From Azolla caroliniana (taxonomy: Eukaryota > Plantae > Polypodiophyta): 64,000 nucleotides of DNA. How positions within the stretch are numbered: the stretch's first letter is position 1; each line of letters begins with the position of its first letter. Shown piece by piece: positions 25,164 to 42,500 of this stretch. The stretch covers positions 20,150,001 to 20,214,000 of the forward strand of contig JBHGNT010000002.1 in assembly GCA_043228905.1 (NCBI GenBank), in the 5' to 3' direction. A program made the translations under genes and the position numbers. The notes under the pieces are model-generated. The model was not told the DNA's origin and did no database searches. It was given only the letters and a program-made list of their open reading frames with translations.

Positions 25164-26040
25164 CCGGCCGGAGGGGTATCTTGTCGAATATTTCTCTGTC
25201 CTCTCTCTGTATTTCAAAGAAGAATCTCCGCACATCCATCTGAGCCAGTAAGATCCTCTCTCACTCATGGTTTTTACATTTCTCTTTCAATTTTTCATTA
25301 TTATGTCATTGTTGGCTATTTTGTTTCTTAGCAAGTCTTGTCTCTTTTCCGTCCGTTTTTCATTTTAACCTTTCTTTGATTTTTTATTTTTTTTGTATTT
25401 GAAGTATCTGTTCATCTATGAAACCCTTTCTTTTCTGTAAAGCATTTGTTTCTTTTATTGTATTTGGACATTTGCTGATGCAAAAACGTCTCTTTAACTC
25501 CTTGCAAGATTTATTTCTGTTTAATTTGTTGTTCCCATGGTTTCTTGTTAACGATTCATTAGTACGTAAATACTCGTTACTCTTTACACAAATATGAAAA
25601 GAAAGACCTTTTCCTTGTTATAGAATTTTTTTGCCTTTCTTTCTGTTAAGCACGTGCAATAATTATGAGTTTTTAGGGTTTCTTAACTTATGTTATGTTT
25701 AATTTGTTGTTTCAGAATGATTAATTGAATGTGTCAACATATTGCTTCTTATCATTATTGTTCTTTCTTTGCTTTTTACGACATTCTTGTGCACCTCGTT
25801 AGTAGTTGTTTGATTGAACATGATCCGATTCATCCGTGGAAAACGTCATCAAATAATGCCTATTGTATTATTCGTGTATCACAGGACAAGAATTCTAGCT
25901 TTGCAAATAGAGTAACATGACATGTTTACATTGGTAAATTACGAGAAACTAGAGAGACCATCTTTGCAATTTTGCAAGGGATAAAATTAGAGAACAGGGG
26001 AATCCACCTATTCCTGGGAGTGTGAGAGAAGAAAATAAAA

Positions 26041-28926
<2,886 letters not shown>

Positions 28927-29646
28927 TATATATTTCTACCACAAATCTACATCTGGTGTTTATAATTCTAACAATAGAGAGGTAGTCCAAGTACCGGTCA
29001 GTGCCCATCAATAATAATAAAACTACATGGGAGACCTCAAAAGAGGTCAAAATCCACAGTAATGAATGATTAACTGTGGGAAATGTATGCAAATTTGAAG
29101 TATATGGATTTGGGTAATTTAAAAACCTTTAAGCTACAGCTTGGCAGAAAGTGGAATTCTTCGGACGTGTTCTATACCAAGTATCAACATCGTTTTCCAG
29201 TTTTCCTTTTCTTGACCTTAAGGAGCATCTCTTCTTTTTTTCTCCAAAATGTAAGGAGCATCTTTTTATGTGCATAGATCTTAAAGCAATGAAAATATGT
29301 AAATGGTTTAGGTACTTGAAGGCCAATGTCAATGACAGGTTTATTGACAATCTAAAGAGATTTGTTCCATAAGGTATCATTGATGAGTTCCCTACATAGA
29401 TTAATCATCTAAATATGAATCCTAATTAAACATGGATTGTGCATGACATAGGAATCCTAGGTACATGAGATAATTGCATGGAGTATTAGGTTGTGCTATT
29501 TCTCACATGAAAGGGTTTTTACATTTGTATTTAAAAATGGCTAGGAGTAAAACAATTTGGATTTGGGTAAGACCTTTAAAGTTTTTATTATTTCTCACAC
29601 TTTTTAGTTTTCCATAGTATTTTTGTCATTTTTCAGCTGAATGTAG

Positions 29647-30184
29647 CAATCGGCAACGGTTTGGTTCTGTTCAAGAGTGTCAAACTCAAACCATTTAAAA
29701 CCAAACTGTTTAAAAATTTGAAACTTAAACTGAATCAAACCATGAAACTGTTTAAATTGAACTGTTACAAAAAAAATCAATCTCAAACCAAATGGTTTTA
29801 GAGAATTTCATACCTTTAAACCATTGAAACCATGTTTCGCTGTTTGGTTCGGTTTTGGTTTTCAACTTAGGGCAAAATTCAAAATTTCACATGTTAATTT
29901 TAAAGTTTTAACATTTTTTAATATTTGAAATATTAAGTTTTTACAAATTGAAGATTTTTCTTAAAATACCGAAATCAAGCTTAAAATGTTCAAAAATATA
30001 TTTAAGAAAAGTGTGAAGTGTCAAACCTAAATAGTCAAACCGTTTAAACTGTTTAATCACAATTTCAAATCGTTTACAAACCTCGATAAAGGCCCCCAAA
30101 CCAAACCAAACCATTTTAATTGTTCAGCCATTAATCCATAGTTTCACAGTTCAGTTTAGCTTAAATCAAAACCATTACCAATTG
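29647..30184. mobile_element. MITE-like element related to 17728-18180
   Basis: Imperfect TIR caatcggcaacggttt / aaaccattaccaattg; shares internal blocks gagtgtcaaa and ggttcggttttggttttcaacttagg. Confidence 0.55.
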
Positions 30185-30998
30185 TTAGCTAAATGCCAAT
30201 TAAAGATTATGACATTTTGTTGGTTAATTTGTACTATATTCAATTAGTAAAAAATTAGGAAGTATATTCCAATAATATAAAATAAATCCATCTTGGTGTA
30301 TAGTATTAATGAATGAGTAGACTAAAATGTACCTTTTTCAAGTTGCCTTAATTGTGTCACTGCCTACGTAAATACAAGTCAAACAATGTCACTGATACAA
30401 GTAACCAAATGTGGTACACACCCTCTAATGACAATAAGGTTTTCATGTAACACATTACTTGCTGATAATTTTATTTCTTAGTTCATGTTCATATGATTTC
30501 TCCGTTTACAGCTACAGTACCACCAATGGGAATAAGGCTTCATGTAAGAGATTACTTGCTAATAACTTGATTTCTTAGTTCATATTCATATGATTTCTCA
30601 GTTTACAGCTAGAATTATGGTAGCGATTTGACATTTTACACCTTGGGTTGTGACATAATTTCACATTTTTATACATTATCTAGTAAATCACGCATATTCC
30701 AGCAAAGACCCTCTCAGTTGTGCAAAACTCATGTATAACCCTGAACTAGTATGTGCAAACAGTAAAAATATATATCAATCTCAACACACTTCCGCATGGA
30801 TATGTCTTCTTCCATTGCAAAATTTGTTTAGTGTCTTACCACATGGGAAGCTTGGAGTAGATATTGTACATCATAATATTACAGTCCTTGTTGGCTATCA
30901 ATACATCTTTTTATCATTGCCAGAATCTGTTTGGGATCATCTTAAACCCTTTTCAACAATAAAACCCGTTATAGAATGTCAATATGCATTTGCTACAT

Positions 30999-32942
30999 CT
31001 ATAGCACTTTCATTGCCTGAGTTTGTTCAGCATCTTCCCACGTGCCAAATTCAGAATACATACTAGACATCAAAGCATAGAAAGACGCATGCCGACAATC
31101 CATTGAAACAGCCCTTTCGAAGCATTTCCTTGCAATCCCTGCTTCTGTATATTTTCTACAATGACTCAACAAACTTGTCCACCCAATAATGTTGTGCTCT
31201 AGAGGTATGCTTACAAGTAAATGTTGAGCCTCCAACAGATATCCGATGGCACCGAAAAGGTCAATGAAACAATTATAATGCTGAATCGTAGGTGAAATTT
31301 TGTAGCCATTTCTCATTAGTTGAAAGTATGCATACCCTTCATCAATAAGGCCAGCATGACTACATGCTGAAAGAATGTTAACAAATGTCACGTCATTCGG
31401 TTTCCACCCTTCTCTTTGCATATCTCCAAACAGTTTCAAAGCATTCTTATACTGACCACATTGCACAAACCCTCCAATCATAGCAGTCCATATCATCACG
31501 TTGCATGTTTGCATCTTTTCAAACACTAGTTTGGCATGTTTTAAGTTACCACACCTCGCATACATGTCAATGAGAGTGCTAACAACCATCATGTCTGATT
31601 CCAAGCTACTTTCAATGATAACATGATTACATATTTCCCCATCATGAATAGATGCTAAGTTAGATGATGCCTTGATGACGCTTAGGAATGTTACTTTGTT
31701 TGGTGAAATTCCCGTCTCTATCATCTCCCCAAACAACTGTAACACAGTACGATCTTCTCCATGCTGAGCCTGGCCAGACAAAAATGTATTCCATGTTATG
31801 AGATCTGGTAGAAACCCCTTCTTTTGCATTCTATTGAAAAGATGAATAGCTTCATTACAATATCCATGTTGTGAATGAGCTGCAATCATTGTATTAAATG
31901 TCACATTGTTCGGCTCAATGCCTTCATGCTGCATTCGATCGAAAAGAAGAACGACATCCTCAGAATATCCGTTTTGAGCATATCCAGACATCATCACATT
32001 CCATGTTACTATATCTCGATTAGGAAAATCCTCAAACACATGACATGCATATGTCATATTTCCACTTTTGACATACATATCAATAAGTGTATTAGTAAGG
32101 GCCACGTCCAATCCAAATAAGGTATAAATTATACAAGAATGAACTAATCTACCTTTTGTTAGTGACTTGTGCAATGAGCATGACTTCAGAATATTGATGT
32201 AAGAAACAGCATTGGCTTTAACTCCTTCTATCTGCATTTGTTCGAAAAGCTCAAAAACCCGTTGATCTTGCAAACAGCCTCCAATCATTGCATTCCAAAT
32301 CACTATATCTTTGATTTCCGAACTATCAAAAACAACTTGTGCATCGTTGATATGATTACATTTCGAGTACATATCAATGAGAATGCTCCTCACAAAGACA
32401 TCACATTCGAAGCCATTTTTTATGATGCAAGAATGAATTATTTTCCCTTGCCTTAGGCACAACATGTTAGAACATGCTTTCAAAGTAGCAATATAGACAT
32501 GTTTGTCTGGTTTAAGATGTGATTCATCTTCTTCCATCTTACAAAACAAATCCATGGCCATTTCTTCTTTTCCGAGAGAAGCATGTGCTGAGATGATAGC
32601 ACTCCATACAAACACATTTTTCTCACATATTTTCTCAAACACATCGTTAGCTTCAGGTAAGCTCTTACAAACATGAAACAAACGGATCAGATGTGTTCCT
32701 AAGAATGCATTCGATTCTAACCCAAGACTCTTCACAAAAGAATGGATTAGTCTACCTTTTAGTAGATCCTTTCTGCTGATGCACAGTTGCAAGACGAAGA
32801 AGACATGGTGTACAGAAACAGAGTGTCGTCTCTGAGCTATGGAATCCAGAAGCTCTACAGCTTTCTCTAGCTTTCCTTCTTCACAGAAAATCTTGAGCAT
32901 ACAAAGGCTTCCATCATTTCTTCTAAACCCAACAACACTCAT
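30999..32942 (-). CDS. PLS-class pentatricopeptide repeat protein with E-type C-terminus, single exon
   Basis: Repeated PPR motifs (VFVWSAIISAH, LIDMYSKC, VTWNVMMSGY, PNDVTFVNILSACSHAGLIDEG, WTSLLSHC). The frame is open from 33089, but the first in-frame ATG is at 32942. No DYW domain before the stop. Confidence 0.88.
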   Translation of the reverse strand: MSVVGFRRNDGSLCMLKIFCEEGKLEKAVELLDSIAQRRHSVSVHHVFFVLQLCISRKDLLKGRLIHSFVKSLGLESNAFLGTHLIRLFHVCKSLPEANDVFEKICEKNVFVWSAIISAHASLGKEEMAMDLFCKMEEDESHLKPDKHVYIATLKACSNMLCLRQGKIIHSCIIKNGFECDVFVRSILIDMYSKCNHINDAQVVFDSSEIKDIVIWNAMIGGCLQDQRVFELFEQMQIEGVKANAVSYINILKSCSLHKSLTKGRLVHSCIIYTLFGLDVALTNTLIDMYVKSGNMTYACHVFEDFPNRDIVTWNVMMSGYAQNGYSEDVVLLFDRMQHEGIEPNNVTFNTMIAAHSQHGYCNEAIHLFNRMQKKGFLPDLITWNTFLSGQAQHGEDRTVLQLFGEMIETGISPNKVTFLSVIKASSNLASIHDGEICNHVIIESSLESDMMVVSTLIDMYARCGNLKHAKLVFEKMQTCNVMIWTAMIGGFVQCGQYKNALKLFGDMQREGWKPNDVTFVNILSACSHAGLIDEGYAYFQLMRNGYKISPTIQHYNCFIDLFGAIGYLLEAQHLLVSIPLEHNIIGWTSLLSHCRKYTEAGIARKCFERAVSMDCRHASFYALMSSMYSEFGTWEDAEQTQAMKVL

Positions 32943-33124
32943 AGACAAAAAAAAACAGGACTTCAAAAGATGTAAGTCCCCATCCCTCGATTGTGCTTCG
33001 TTCCTGCTTCTTCTTACTTTCAGTCGTGAGTTTCTTCTTACTTCTCTCCTTCCAACCAACCAGCAGCTATGGCAGGGAGGCACCTGCACAGGCCATCACC
33101 ATGTTTGACAGAACGCGCAGTAAT

Positions 33125-33435
33125 CGATGTCTGTATGCACGTACGTACGTATATCACGTAATGTCTGTACGTACGTACGTATGTATGGATGTATATTCAT
33201 GTAATGTGTGTATTCGTATTCGTGTTCGTATTCGTATGTGCATGTACGTACGTATTCGTATTCGTATGTGCGTATACGTATGTCTATGTCTTTGTGTACA
33301 TACTCGCTTAATGTATGCATATATTGATAAACCTAGCTATATTAGGGAGATTGGAACATTATATACGCACACATTGCCCTAATCTACGTCTACGCGCTTG
33401 CGTATGTCTATGCCTATTCACTTAATGTATGTGTA
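33125..33435. repeat. Low-complexity GTAC/CGTATT/TATG repeats
   Basis: gtacgtacgt, tattcgtattcg and tatgtatg runs immediately upstream of the PPR gene. Confidence 0.7.
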
Positions 33436-35229
33436 TCCTAGACCTAAGCTATAGATTGGAATGTTTTGTGTATGCGCATCTTGCCCAAGTCTGGACCGGA
33501 ATCCAAAGTCCTTTGAATTAGGGAGAAGAGACATGTCTGGAGTGTAACGTCGTATATGCATGCACACTTTGTCCGAGACGAGAATTCAAGGATGAGGAGC
33601 ACCCCCCCATGTATTACAAAGTAGAGCATATTGTGGCATCGGTTCGCTGTTTACCTGATGCAACAACCCTCGATATTTATGCATTATATGCAATGATGAG
33701 CTACTTGAAAGTGTGGAGAGCTTTTATACCTTGACCTTGAAAATCCCTCAAATGATGGATGGATTAAATGTGTTGCTCACCTCTTAGAGGTAGGAAAGGG
33801 ACCTTACATTACGCATTTGTGCGCACATGAAATGATAGAAATGTTGGGCCCTCAAGCAATACCTTTTTTCGATGCTTTGGTAACATCGGTGCTTCTAAAT
33901 GGGGCACTAGCATCTCTACGTCTAACTAGAAAGAGTTTGGAAATTTCGAAAAAGCTTTTTCTTACAAAGTTTCTTCAAGTCAAGAAACAACCATCATACA
34001 CCATCCTTGAGACAACATCACTTGCCATTGAGATCATAGCCATTGAAGAGGGGTTTGTTGAATACATGCTTAGGGTTTAAATAAACCCCTCATGTTGACT
34101 TCCTAGGATAACATGGGAAGCGAGCAAAACCCTCCAATAGACACGTAAAAGCAAAAAAAATTGCTCTAGTTGAATGCGAGGTATAGAATATATGGTTTGG
34201 GAGATGGGATGCAACACACTTGTTTCATGATGCATCAATCGATTCCTCTAGAAATGAGGCCTTTTCGCAACACCAATGTATCATGACATGGAAAAATGTG
34301 GAGGCTCACACCATACTACATATGTTACACGATACATCATCTCAAAGCTGGATTGGATTGACTATGGTTTATATTATATATTGATTCACTCTCAATCCCA
34401 ATGAGTGGACTCTAATCCATTGTGAACCACCAACATAAGTATGGTTGCAATATTTGCATTGTATCACATGCATACTTTTGGGATGCTTCTTAAGAATCAA
34501 GACATCTCTGTCATCCTCACTTTAGAAGTTTACAAAAAAAGGAGTATGAACTATAGAGATTGAATCAATTATCAAAATATGTCATTATAAATTATAATCA
34601 AACGTTTAAAAACTCATAAAATGTACATTCGAGAATATGAAGAAAACATGACACAGGCAGTAGTAGCATAACAACTTACCACTAGGGTGAGCTAATTTCT
34701 AATAACAAAGAAAGAAAGAAAAAGAAGAAAAAAGAAATGATCAAAAACTCATAAAACAGATATTCGAGAATATATGAAGAAAACATAACATAGGCAATAG
34801 TAGAATAACAACTTACCACTAGGGTGAGCTAATTTCTAATAACAAAGAAAGAAAGAAAAAGGAAAAAAAGGAACATGACACTAGCATAAAATTTTGCCAC
34901 GACACTAACAAGAGGATATGAGAAAGTTGGGAATAGAACTCAAGACACAAGGATATGATAAAGTTGAGAATTGAACTCAAGACACAAGCAACAATATCAT
35001 GGCAACTTACCAATAGGCTAAGCTTACTTCTAACAAAAAGGAATGTTAGGAAAAAATCTAACATAAATTTTTGCTACGGAACTAAACAAGAGACAGATGA
35101 GAATATTGGGACTCAAAACCAAGATGTAGACAACAATAGCATGTCTCCTTACCACTAGGATGACCGAATTTGTTATGAAAACAATGAAAAAAGGAATACA
35201 CATTTTTCCCTTTTCAAACGTTTGAATGC

Positions 35230-35620
35230 TTGCACGAACACGAATATTACGTTCTATGGTTACACGGTACACCTAACTACAAAAACATGTTCTTTGTTAC
35301 ACCATACACATCCATACTTGTTAAAGCCCATCCCATTGTCTACCATGCAAACCATTGTTTCCATACGACTTAGCTCACACTCACTACAATGTGAGGCCAA
35401 GCATTGGAGCACAAGTGATGAGAGTAGTCGGTTGTGCACACTTTGCCCTAAACAAGTTCAGGAATCTAAGCATTGCATTTGGTTTATACAATAACTTTGA
35501 TCACATTTGACTATGCCATTAACCTGACCCTTGCACGAATTTCTCTCACAGTCACAATGCGCACAATTGTGATATTCATTCATAAAGTTCTTGGACCACT
35601 ACTTACTTTCACATGCAATA
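35230..35620 (+). mobile_element. LINE 3' fragment (RLSSHSL.CE...LC..CP motif); related pieces at 47850-48150 and 52673-52900
   Basis: The nucleotide block gactt/ctaag.tcaca...tgtgaggc...tgcacactttgccctaaacaag recurs three times; Cys-rich C-terminal LINE motif. Confidence 0.55.
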
Positions 35621-36479
35621 CATGAAAACACTATATTTTTTGTCTCATAGGTCATATTTGACCTCTAAAGAAAACAATAAATTTTGTCTCTCGTATATGC
35701 ACACACCATTGATTAATGTATTAGAGTAGAAAAAGGAAAAGTGGGTATATAAGGTGACCTTGCTCAAAAAGAGATAATTCATATGCAACTGAGGTTGACA
35801 ACCATCTCATAAACCTCTCCTTTAATCAAGATGTGAAAATAAATTGGAAACAATTGAAGGATGTCATTCTAACGGTAGGTATCCATATTTCAATGCATGT
35901 GCAGATGGATTCTAAATGCTTAGTTTTTCGAGCAATGCTTGGTTCAATGAAGAATGCAAGGCTCATCTCAAATTGTTCAAGCTCACTAAAGTTACAAAAC
36001 AAAAAGGTCTTAACGTTGTACCGATATTGAAGAATGGTGTGGAGAAAGAAGAGGCACCATTGTCAACTACAAGAAAGGAAGGTCATAAATGTTCAAACTT
36101 CCTTTCACATGCATGCATAAATAAGCATAACACAACTTAAGGGCAAAAAGGAAGACATGATCGATAAAGAGATGGAACCATATGTACTTAAGCTTTATAT
36201 GCATGATGGGGTAATGCATATGAATTTGCATATGGAACTTCATAATGCATGTGTGTTGATTGAAGATGTTAATAGAGGGGAAAAAAAGATATCTAGTGGC
36301 AAAGTTGTTGATGTAAACTTTAATGACAGCAAAGCTCTCAAAATCAACAAAAACCACAAACTCATCAATGCATAAAAACTATCATATATTAAGCTATCAG
36401 GCAAGGGTTCTTTAGAAAGATTGGGTCATCAATGGAATTAAACAAATCCATAATAGAATAGACAAAACTTTGGTATTGA

Positions 36480-37300
36480 ACTCTCATGATTAGCTTGGCT
36501 ATGGCCAAGTCATACAGCACTAACATGGAGCAAAAGTTTAGCTTATGGGTTCAACATCATCACAATGAGCATGTAATCAAGCAGGCTTTAGACCAAAACA
36601 TTCAAATGTCGATCATTTGGTTACATGAAGAGTAATTATTGAAGAATGTCAACCTCAAGGTATTTTGTTGGGTTGTGGAGTTCAAGCAAGCTTTTGACAT
36701 TATATCAAGAAGTGAGCTTTCAAAAGAATATGATGGAGACCAAAGTGTGGAATTGTGGTACAGTTGAAAACCACTATTGTTGGAGCAATCTAGATCCCAA
36801 TTGAAAGTGGATCATGGTTTCTCAAAGTACTTCATGAGTAACATGGGAATCAAGCAAGGCTATCCTCTAATATGTTGAGGATGTGTTATTCCCTTATAAT
36901 TTGGAGGATAGCAACAATTATTATATTGCGAGCATTCTATCAACAAATCTATGAGCTAACTGTTAATGTTAAAAAAACAAAAATAATGGCATCCCAAAGG
37001 CAATACAACCGAGAAACTACCCAATTTTACATACAAATGGTGCAACCTCAAATATCTTAGCATCAATGTCTCAACGACAGATATGTGGATGACATGCTAT
37101 GAGTCTTGACATCAAGGAGGTTGGACTAATCATATGTTTGGGCATCAATATAACCAATTCAGAAACTAGGATTGGAAATGAGGTTGATATTACTCATTGT
37201 TATGTTGATCAACATGTTGCTTTATTGAGTGGAACTAAGTGGGAAGTCTTAGAAATTTCAAAACTTGTTCTTATGCATACATTTGTGAGCTAAATCCACA
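36480..37300 (+). pseudogene. Highly degenerate LINE reverse transcriptase remnant
   Basis: Traces of .FKQAFD.. and MGIKQG.PL, and VNVKKTKIM. Confidence 0.45.
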
Positions 37301-39596
37301 ACATCCTCCCTTTGTATGCTATTAGAAACATGTCCTCCGCCCAAAGATGTGCTAGCCAGACAAAGAATATACAAGTATATTACAAATATACCCAATCCCA
37401 AATTGGCAAAATAGGTTTAGTTTTATCAGGCTCTGATATCATGACACGTCGAGTGGGTTGAACTCCCTCGAAACTTTCATCCCGAATAGCTTAGCAAGTC
37501 TCATTAACCCATCAATTCTCTACCTTTCAATGAAAGCTTCTGCTTCCCTTAATACCCGCCATACGACCAGTATCTGCCATACGATATTAGACATGGGGTT
37601 TGCAAAAGATCCCGATGCACGATACAAAAAACAAATAAAAGCAAAATCCTCTCATCTTGGTACGTGTTTGATATTATGAAGTGGTTTAAAAGATCAAGAG
37701 TAGAAGAACTATTAGAGCTCTCATGTGATGTTATGAAGTATGTGATTATCAAGAATATGTAACTAAAAGCACTAAGGATAAAATGCCAAATTGAGAATAT
37801 TATATCGCAAATTGGCCCCAATACAAGCAAAGGGTGCCAAATAATATCTAACCTCCTTTTACTACCCTCTTGAGCCTTGGCTCTCAAAGAGCCCTTACAC
37901 TTCTTCAAACTTGCTCGCATAAGTTAGGTATTGAGGTAGATCATGACACCATCACCCAAGGAACATGGCAATAAAACATCTATTCTAATATATTCTAATC
38001 CATCTGAAGCCTTAACCTTCATTTTAAGCCATGACTCAAACTTTAAGTTTCTACCTTGAGTATTTAAGCCCCAGTTCTTGTACTTCAGAACGGTTGGTTT
38101 TCCTCTTAATCAATAAGAGTGTATTGTTAAACTTGAGTTCTTGTGTAACTCTATAACTAAATAATTAATTAAATGTGGAAGCATAGGTTAAATCACTTAT
38201 AATCATGGCCTTACCCCCTATGGTAAGTCATGTCTCCAAACAGAGGGTGTTACAAACATGATAACGACAATGCCTTACATGTCCCTAATGAAATAGTATG
38301 AGCACCTCTTGCCACCTATCCTCCACTCTCACTTCTATATCAGTGATTATCATGGTGAAGGTCTTACCTTCATTTAAGTGTTTAACTGCTCCTCTTGACG
38401 CTTCATACTTGCAAGAATGTAAGGGCCACATACCATTTAGGCAGCTCATGGAAGACTTGATCTCCCACTTCCCACTTTCCAACTTGCACAATCAACAACT
38501 CACATTTTAGACTAGGTCCACAAGATATCCTACCTTCATTTAAGTGTTTGGTTGCCCCTCTTGAACACATCATGTGCTTGATACTAGCAAGAATGCAAGA
38601 GCCATACCATTTAGGCAGCCCATGGAAGACTTAAACTTCCTCTTCCCTCTTGCCAACTTGCACAATCGACGACTCACATTTTAGACTGCACCAGGTCCCC
38701 ATAGTAACTGGCAATCCCTACGGAAAAGTACTTGAGCTAAATAAGATAAAATAACAAGAAAGTTAAGCTAAGCTTCTGGCAACATTCAATTTAAATAAAG
38801 ATAGATTAATTAGATTAACAAGATCAAGCTAGGAATCCCAAAATGTGTGTTAAGTTGAAAACTTTCTATGCGCTTATATCTACCTTGATTTGTCTTATTG
38901 CTCACCCATCAACACCATACTCATCATATATCTCCCCAGTAAAGCACACCATCAACTTATTTCAATCAAAATGTTACCCTGTGCTTTTTATGCAAACAAT
39001 ATCATTGTTTATACATTAAACACTAAAATGTACGATCGACAAGAACCCATTTATCATACAAAAAATAAGCAATCAATCAGTTTTTTCTACCTCCCATACT
39101 GAGATGCATATTATAAACAAAAACTTGTTTAATGAGCAATTAAACATTGAAGCACCTCGATTGAATTGTTAGATATGTGGATTTCGTCCGCATATGGCAT
39201 ACCAAACTAAGACTTATAAATGTTAAAATTCTTCATTGGGCAAGTGAAGGAAAACATTTACCCTGCAAACCCATTAGCATGTATAAAAAACAAACTTGAA
39301 AAGCCTATTTAGTTTTCAAATTAGACTCACGAGTGATTTTAACAAATATTTAATAGGTAATAAAGTTAGAATAGACATAGAATGATTTGCTAACGCTGCA
39401 AACATCGTCCATGTCATCAAAGATAACCCTGCATAACTGAACTTCAAAAACCATTAAAAGAAGTCATTTGCCCGTTGTGGAATGGGCCATTGGAAGAGTT
39501 GCTCGCATTTTTATATACAAATGAAATACCACCATCCGTTGCTGGTTAGCTTTGTCATATGCTTAGAATGAAAATAAAAAATCGCCATCTTCGGTG

Positions 39597-42500
39597 TCAT
39601 ATGCTTAGATAGAATCGGTAAACACCCCCAAAGAGCTTCCAGAAGCCACCGGCTACAAGAAACCAAAACAAGAGCCAGACAACACCAAAAAACGCAATTG
39701 AAAATATACCTATAGCTTCTGGGGACTTCACCTTCGAGCTCTCTCTTTCGGAGAGAGATTGGAAAGAAGATCCATTGTGTGTTGGGAAGGAACAAGGAAC
39801 AACACATGAAGAAACTTTCTTATTGCTGTTAGACTTGTTCACACAAGCACATTTTACAGTAACTGCTCTTACATCCACTGTGCTAGCCATAACACTTATT
39901 GACCCAACTGACACTGACAACTTTGATGAAGACATGTCTGCAGCTGAGGCGGGTAATATGGGAAGTGACTCCAAACAATTAAGTATAATACTAATAACCT
40001 TTGAACCACCCTTATCCTCTCTATCTTTCGTAGTTGTTTCATTCTTCGGCCCTTTAGTAGAATCTATAAGGAATTCCTCTTGAGAAGACACAGGAGCACC
40101 AATGAAACCTTTTGACCCTTCCGAGGTATCAAAACCCCCCATATGTTTAGGAGCAAAGGAGTCTTTGTCGTCTGCAAATGCTCTAGTTTCCAGTGGTATC
40201 TCGCTCTTTGTCTTATTACTCAAGCTTTCGTTTTCAGCCAGGGTATGGATGTTTGGCAAGTCCGAAAAAGACGAAAATGCATCCAAATAATCATGCTCAT
40301 CATGAATATTGCCCTCGACATTCTTATATGTTTGAGCATCATCATCTAATGCATTAGCAGTATAAGCATCATAGTAGTAAAGGCCTAATCAACAAGAAAA
40401 AGAGTCCAATATCAGGTTTTTTGTAAGGGCAGAAAAATGTCTTAAAGATCACGCTGCCCTTACCAGAACTTAGAAGGGCATTTTCTCCAGATGAGTTGAT
40501 CTACAAAAAAATAAAGATTTGCTTCAAAACATAGTAAAAACATAAAGACATGCTATCATTCTTAAAAATTAAGTATTGGCATAGAAAACCTCAGACTTGG
40601 CTTGATCATATCCACCACCACCACCAGAACTTGTTTGTTGGAATCCATTATCATTGCAAAAAACTAAGGTACTACAACCAGGGGTGTCTTCCCACATATC
40701 TTGATTCAGCTCATATATACTGCTGTTAATACTTGAATCCAAAAATGATGGAAACAGATCACTCAGCTCCAGAAAGTCTCCATCTACAGGTAAGCTCGGC
40801 ACTGCTGGATAATGGCTTTCTGGATCTGAGGTTAAGCATTCTCCAGTTTGTTGTTGAACACCTTCACCTAACGTACCAACGAGTTCTTGAATCTCTTGCA
40901 GTATTTCCTCCTCTCCTTCAGGCGGAGAGAGAAAGGAATCTATCATCAACTCAACCACGTTTTCATCGTAGGTTTGTGTATTCAGTGTCAGATGTTTAAG
41001 GTCCACTTGTTCTTGGATCACCGCAAGCATTTCAACACTAAACTGCACTAGGAATAAAATAATTCATGTCATCAATACCAGAAGATTGAATGAAAATTTC
41101 ATAAATGAGTTAAAGGCAAACCAAAACCCGAAATAGATATCAAAACATTGGTAAACATAAAAACAATTATTGCTAATATCATATAACATAAGATTAAGTT
41201 GAATTTTCATGTAAGAGAAGGTAACGCAAAATCCAGAATAGCTCTCAAACATCATGAAACATTAAAACAATAGAGCAAGGCACTAAATTGCACTAAAATA
41301 AAACAATCATCATTAATATCATGTATCATAAGGCTGAATGGATTTGATGCAAAAGTTAAGGAAATGCAACAGAGACTAACTGGTATAGATCGTTACCCAT
41401 ACAAAAAATCGATCAAGTACATATAAGGCCACTAAAATGCACTATAGTTAACCAATCAACACCAGAAGATTGGATCAAAATTTTCATAAAAGAGTAACAA
41501 TGCAGGATATATGTAATCATTAAAGTTCTAAAAGGGAGGTACAAACCTTCATCTGATCTGCATTTAAATGTTCTTTATTCACTGACTGAACTACTATTTT
41601 CCTCTCTCCATCTTTCAATGCACTCGTAATATCTGTTTTAGAATTGCATTGAAGATGTTCTGTATGCTGTGATGCCGTTTCACAACCAGAACTAGTACCT
41701 AAATATGCTCTAAACACACCAAAATCATCATCCCCTGTTGTAGGCAAGGTTTCGCAATCTTCTTCTTCTTGCTCCTCTTCTTCTTCAACAGGTGCACCAT
41801 ACTGCTCGCCATTCTTTGGCCCAGCCCCACTCTTCTGGTATATTCGACATAACACAAAAGCATTCTACAAAAGGAAGAAATAAAGAACAAAAGATTATAT
41901 TAACATCTCTACAGAGAGGAGAGTAAGTGAACTGATATCTCATCCATATGAGAAAGAAAAGGACATTGATTTAGCCTGATAAAAAACTAAAATTAAAATG
42001 TCATCTGGATGTGAATGAAAGAGGATACCATGAAATGACACTACAATTTATTAAAACAGATAAGAATACAATACTTTAAAAACACTAGAAGCAAGACAGG
42101 TAAAGAAAATACCTTTGACGCATCGCCTTTTTCATGTTCCAAGTCATCAAGCCTATATTCATGCATGACCCAATTACTTCTTTCCCCTTTAGGTGCTCTA
42201 CCTTTGTAATAGACCAGTGTCTTCTTCATCCCTACACTCTTACAGCGCGAGGACACTAACCTATCTTTACCTGTTGCTTTCCAATACCCATTTTCTGTGG
42301 CTCTGTTTGTCCTTGAGCCATTTGGGTACTTTCTATCCCTGGGACAAAAGAAATACCACTCCAAGTCCTTCGTTTGAAGCCGTGACATATCTGAAAAACA
42401 AACAAAAAGAAAGATTAACTGTTCAAAACCATTCTATGCTCATTATATGGAACTTCAATGGGTTTTCCACTATGTAATCTATGTTCAGATTCGGTGACCA

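Noticed and set aside
38285-38700. ~190-bp duplication (similar ones at 34610-34900 and 30430-30610)
   Set aside because: Ordinary decayed local tandem duplications with no coding or structural signal.
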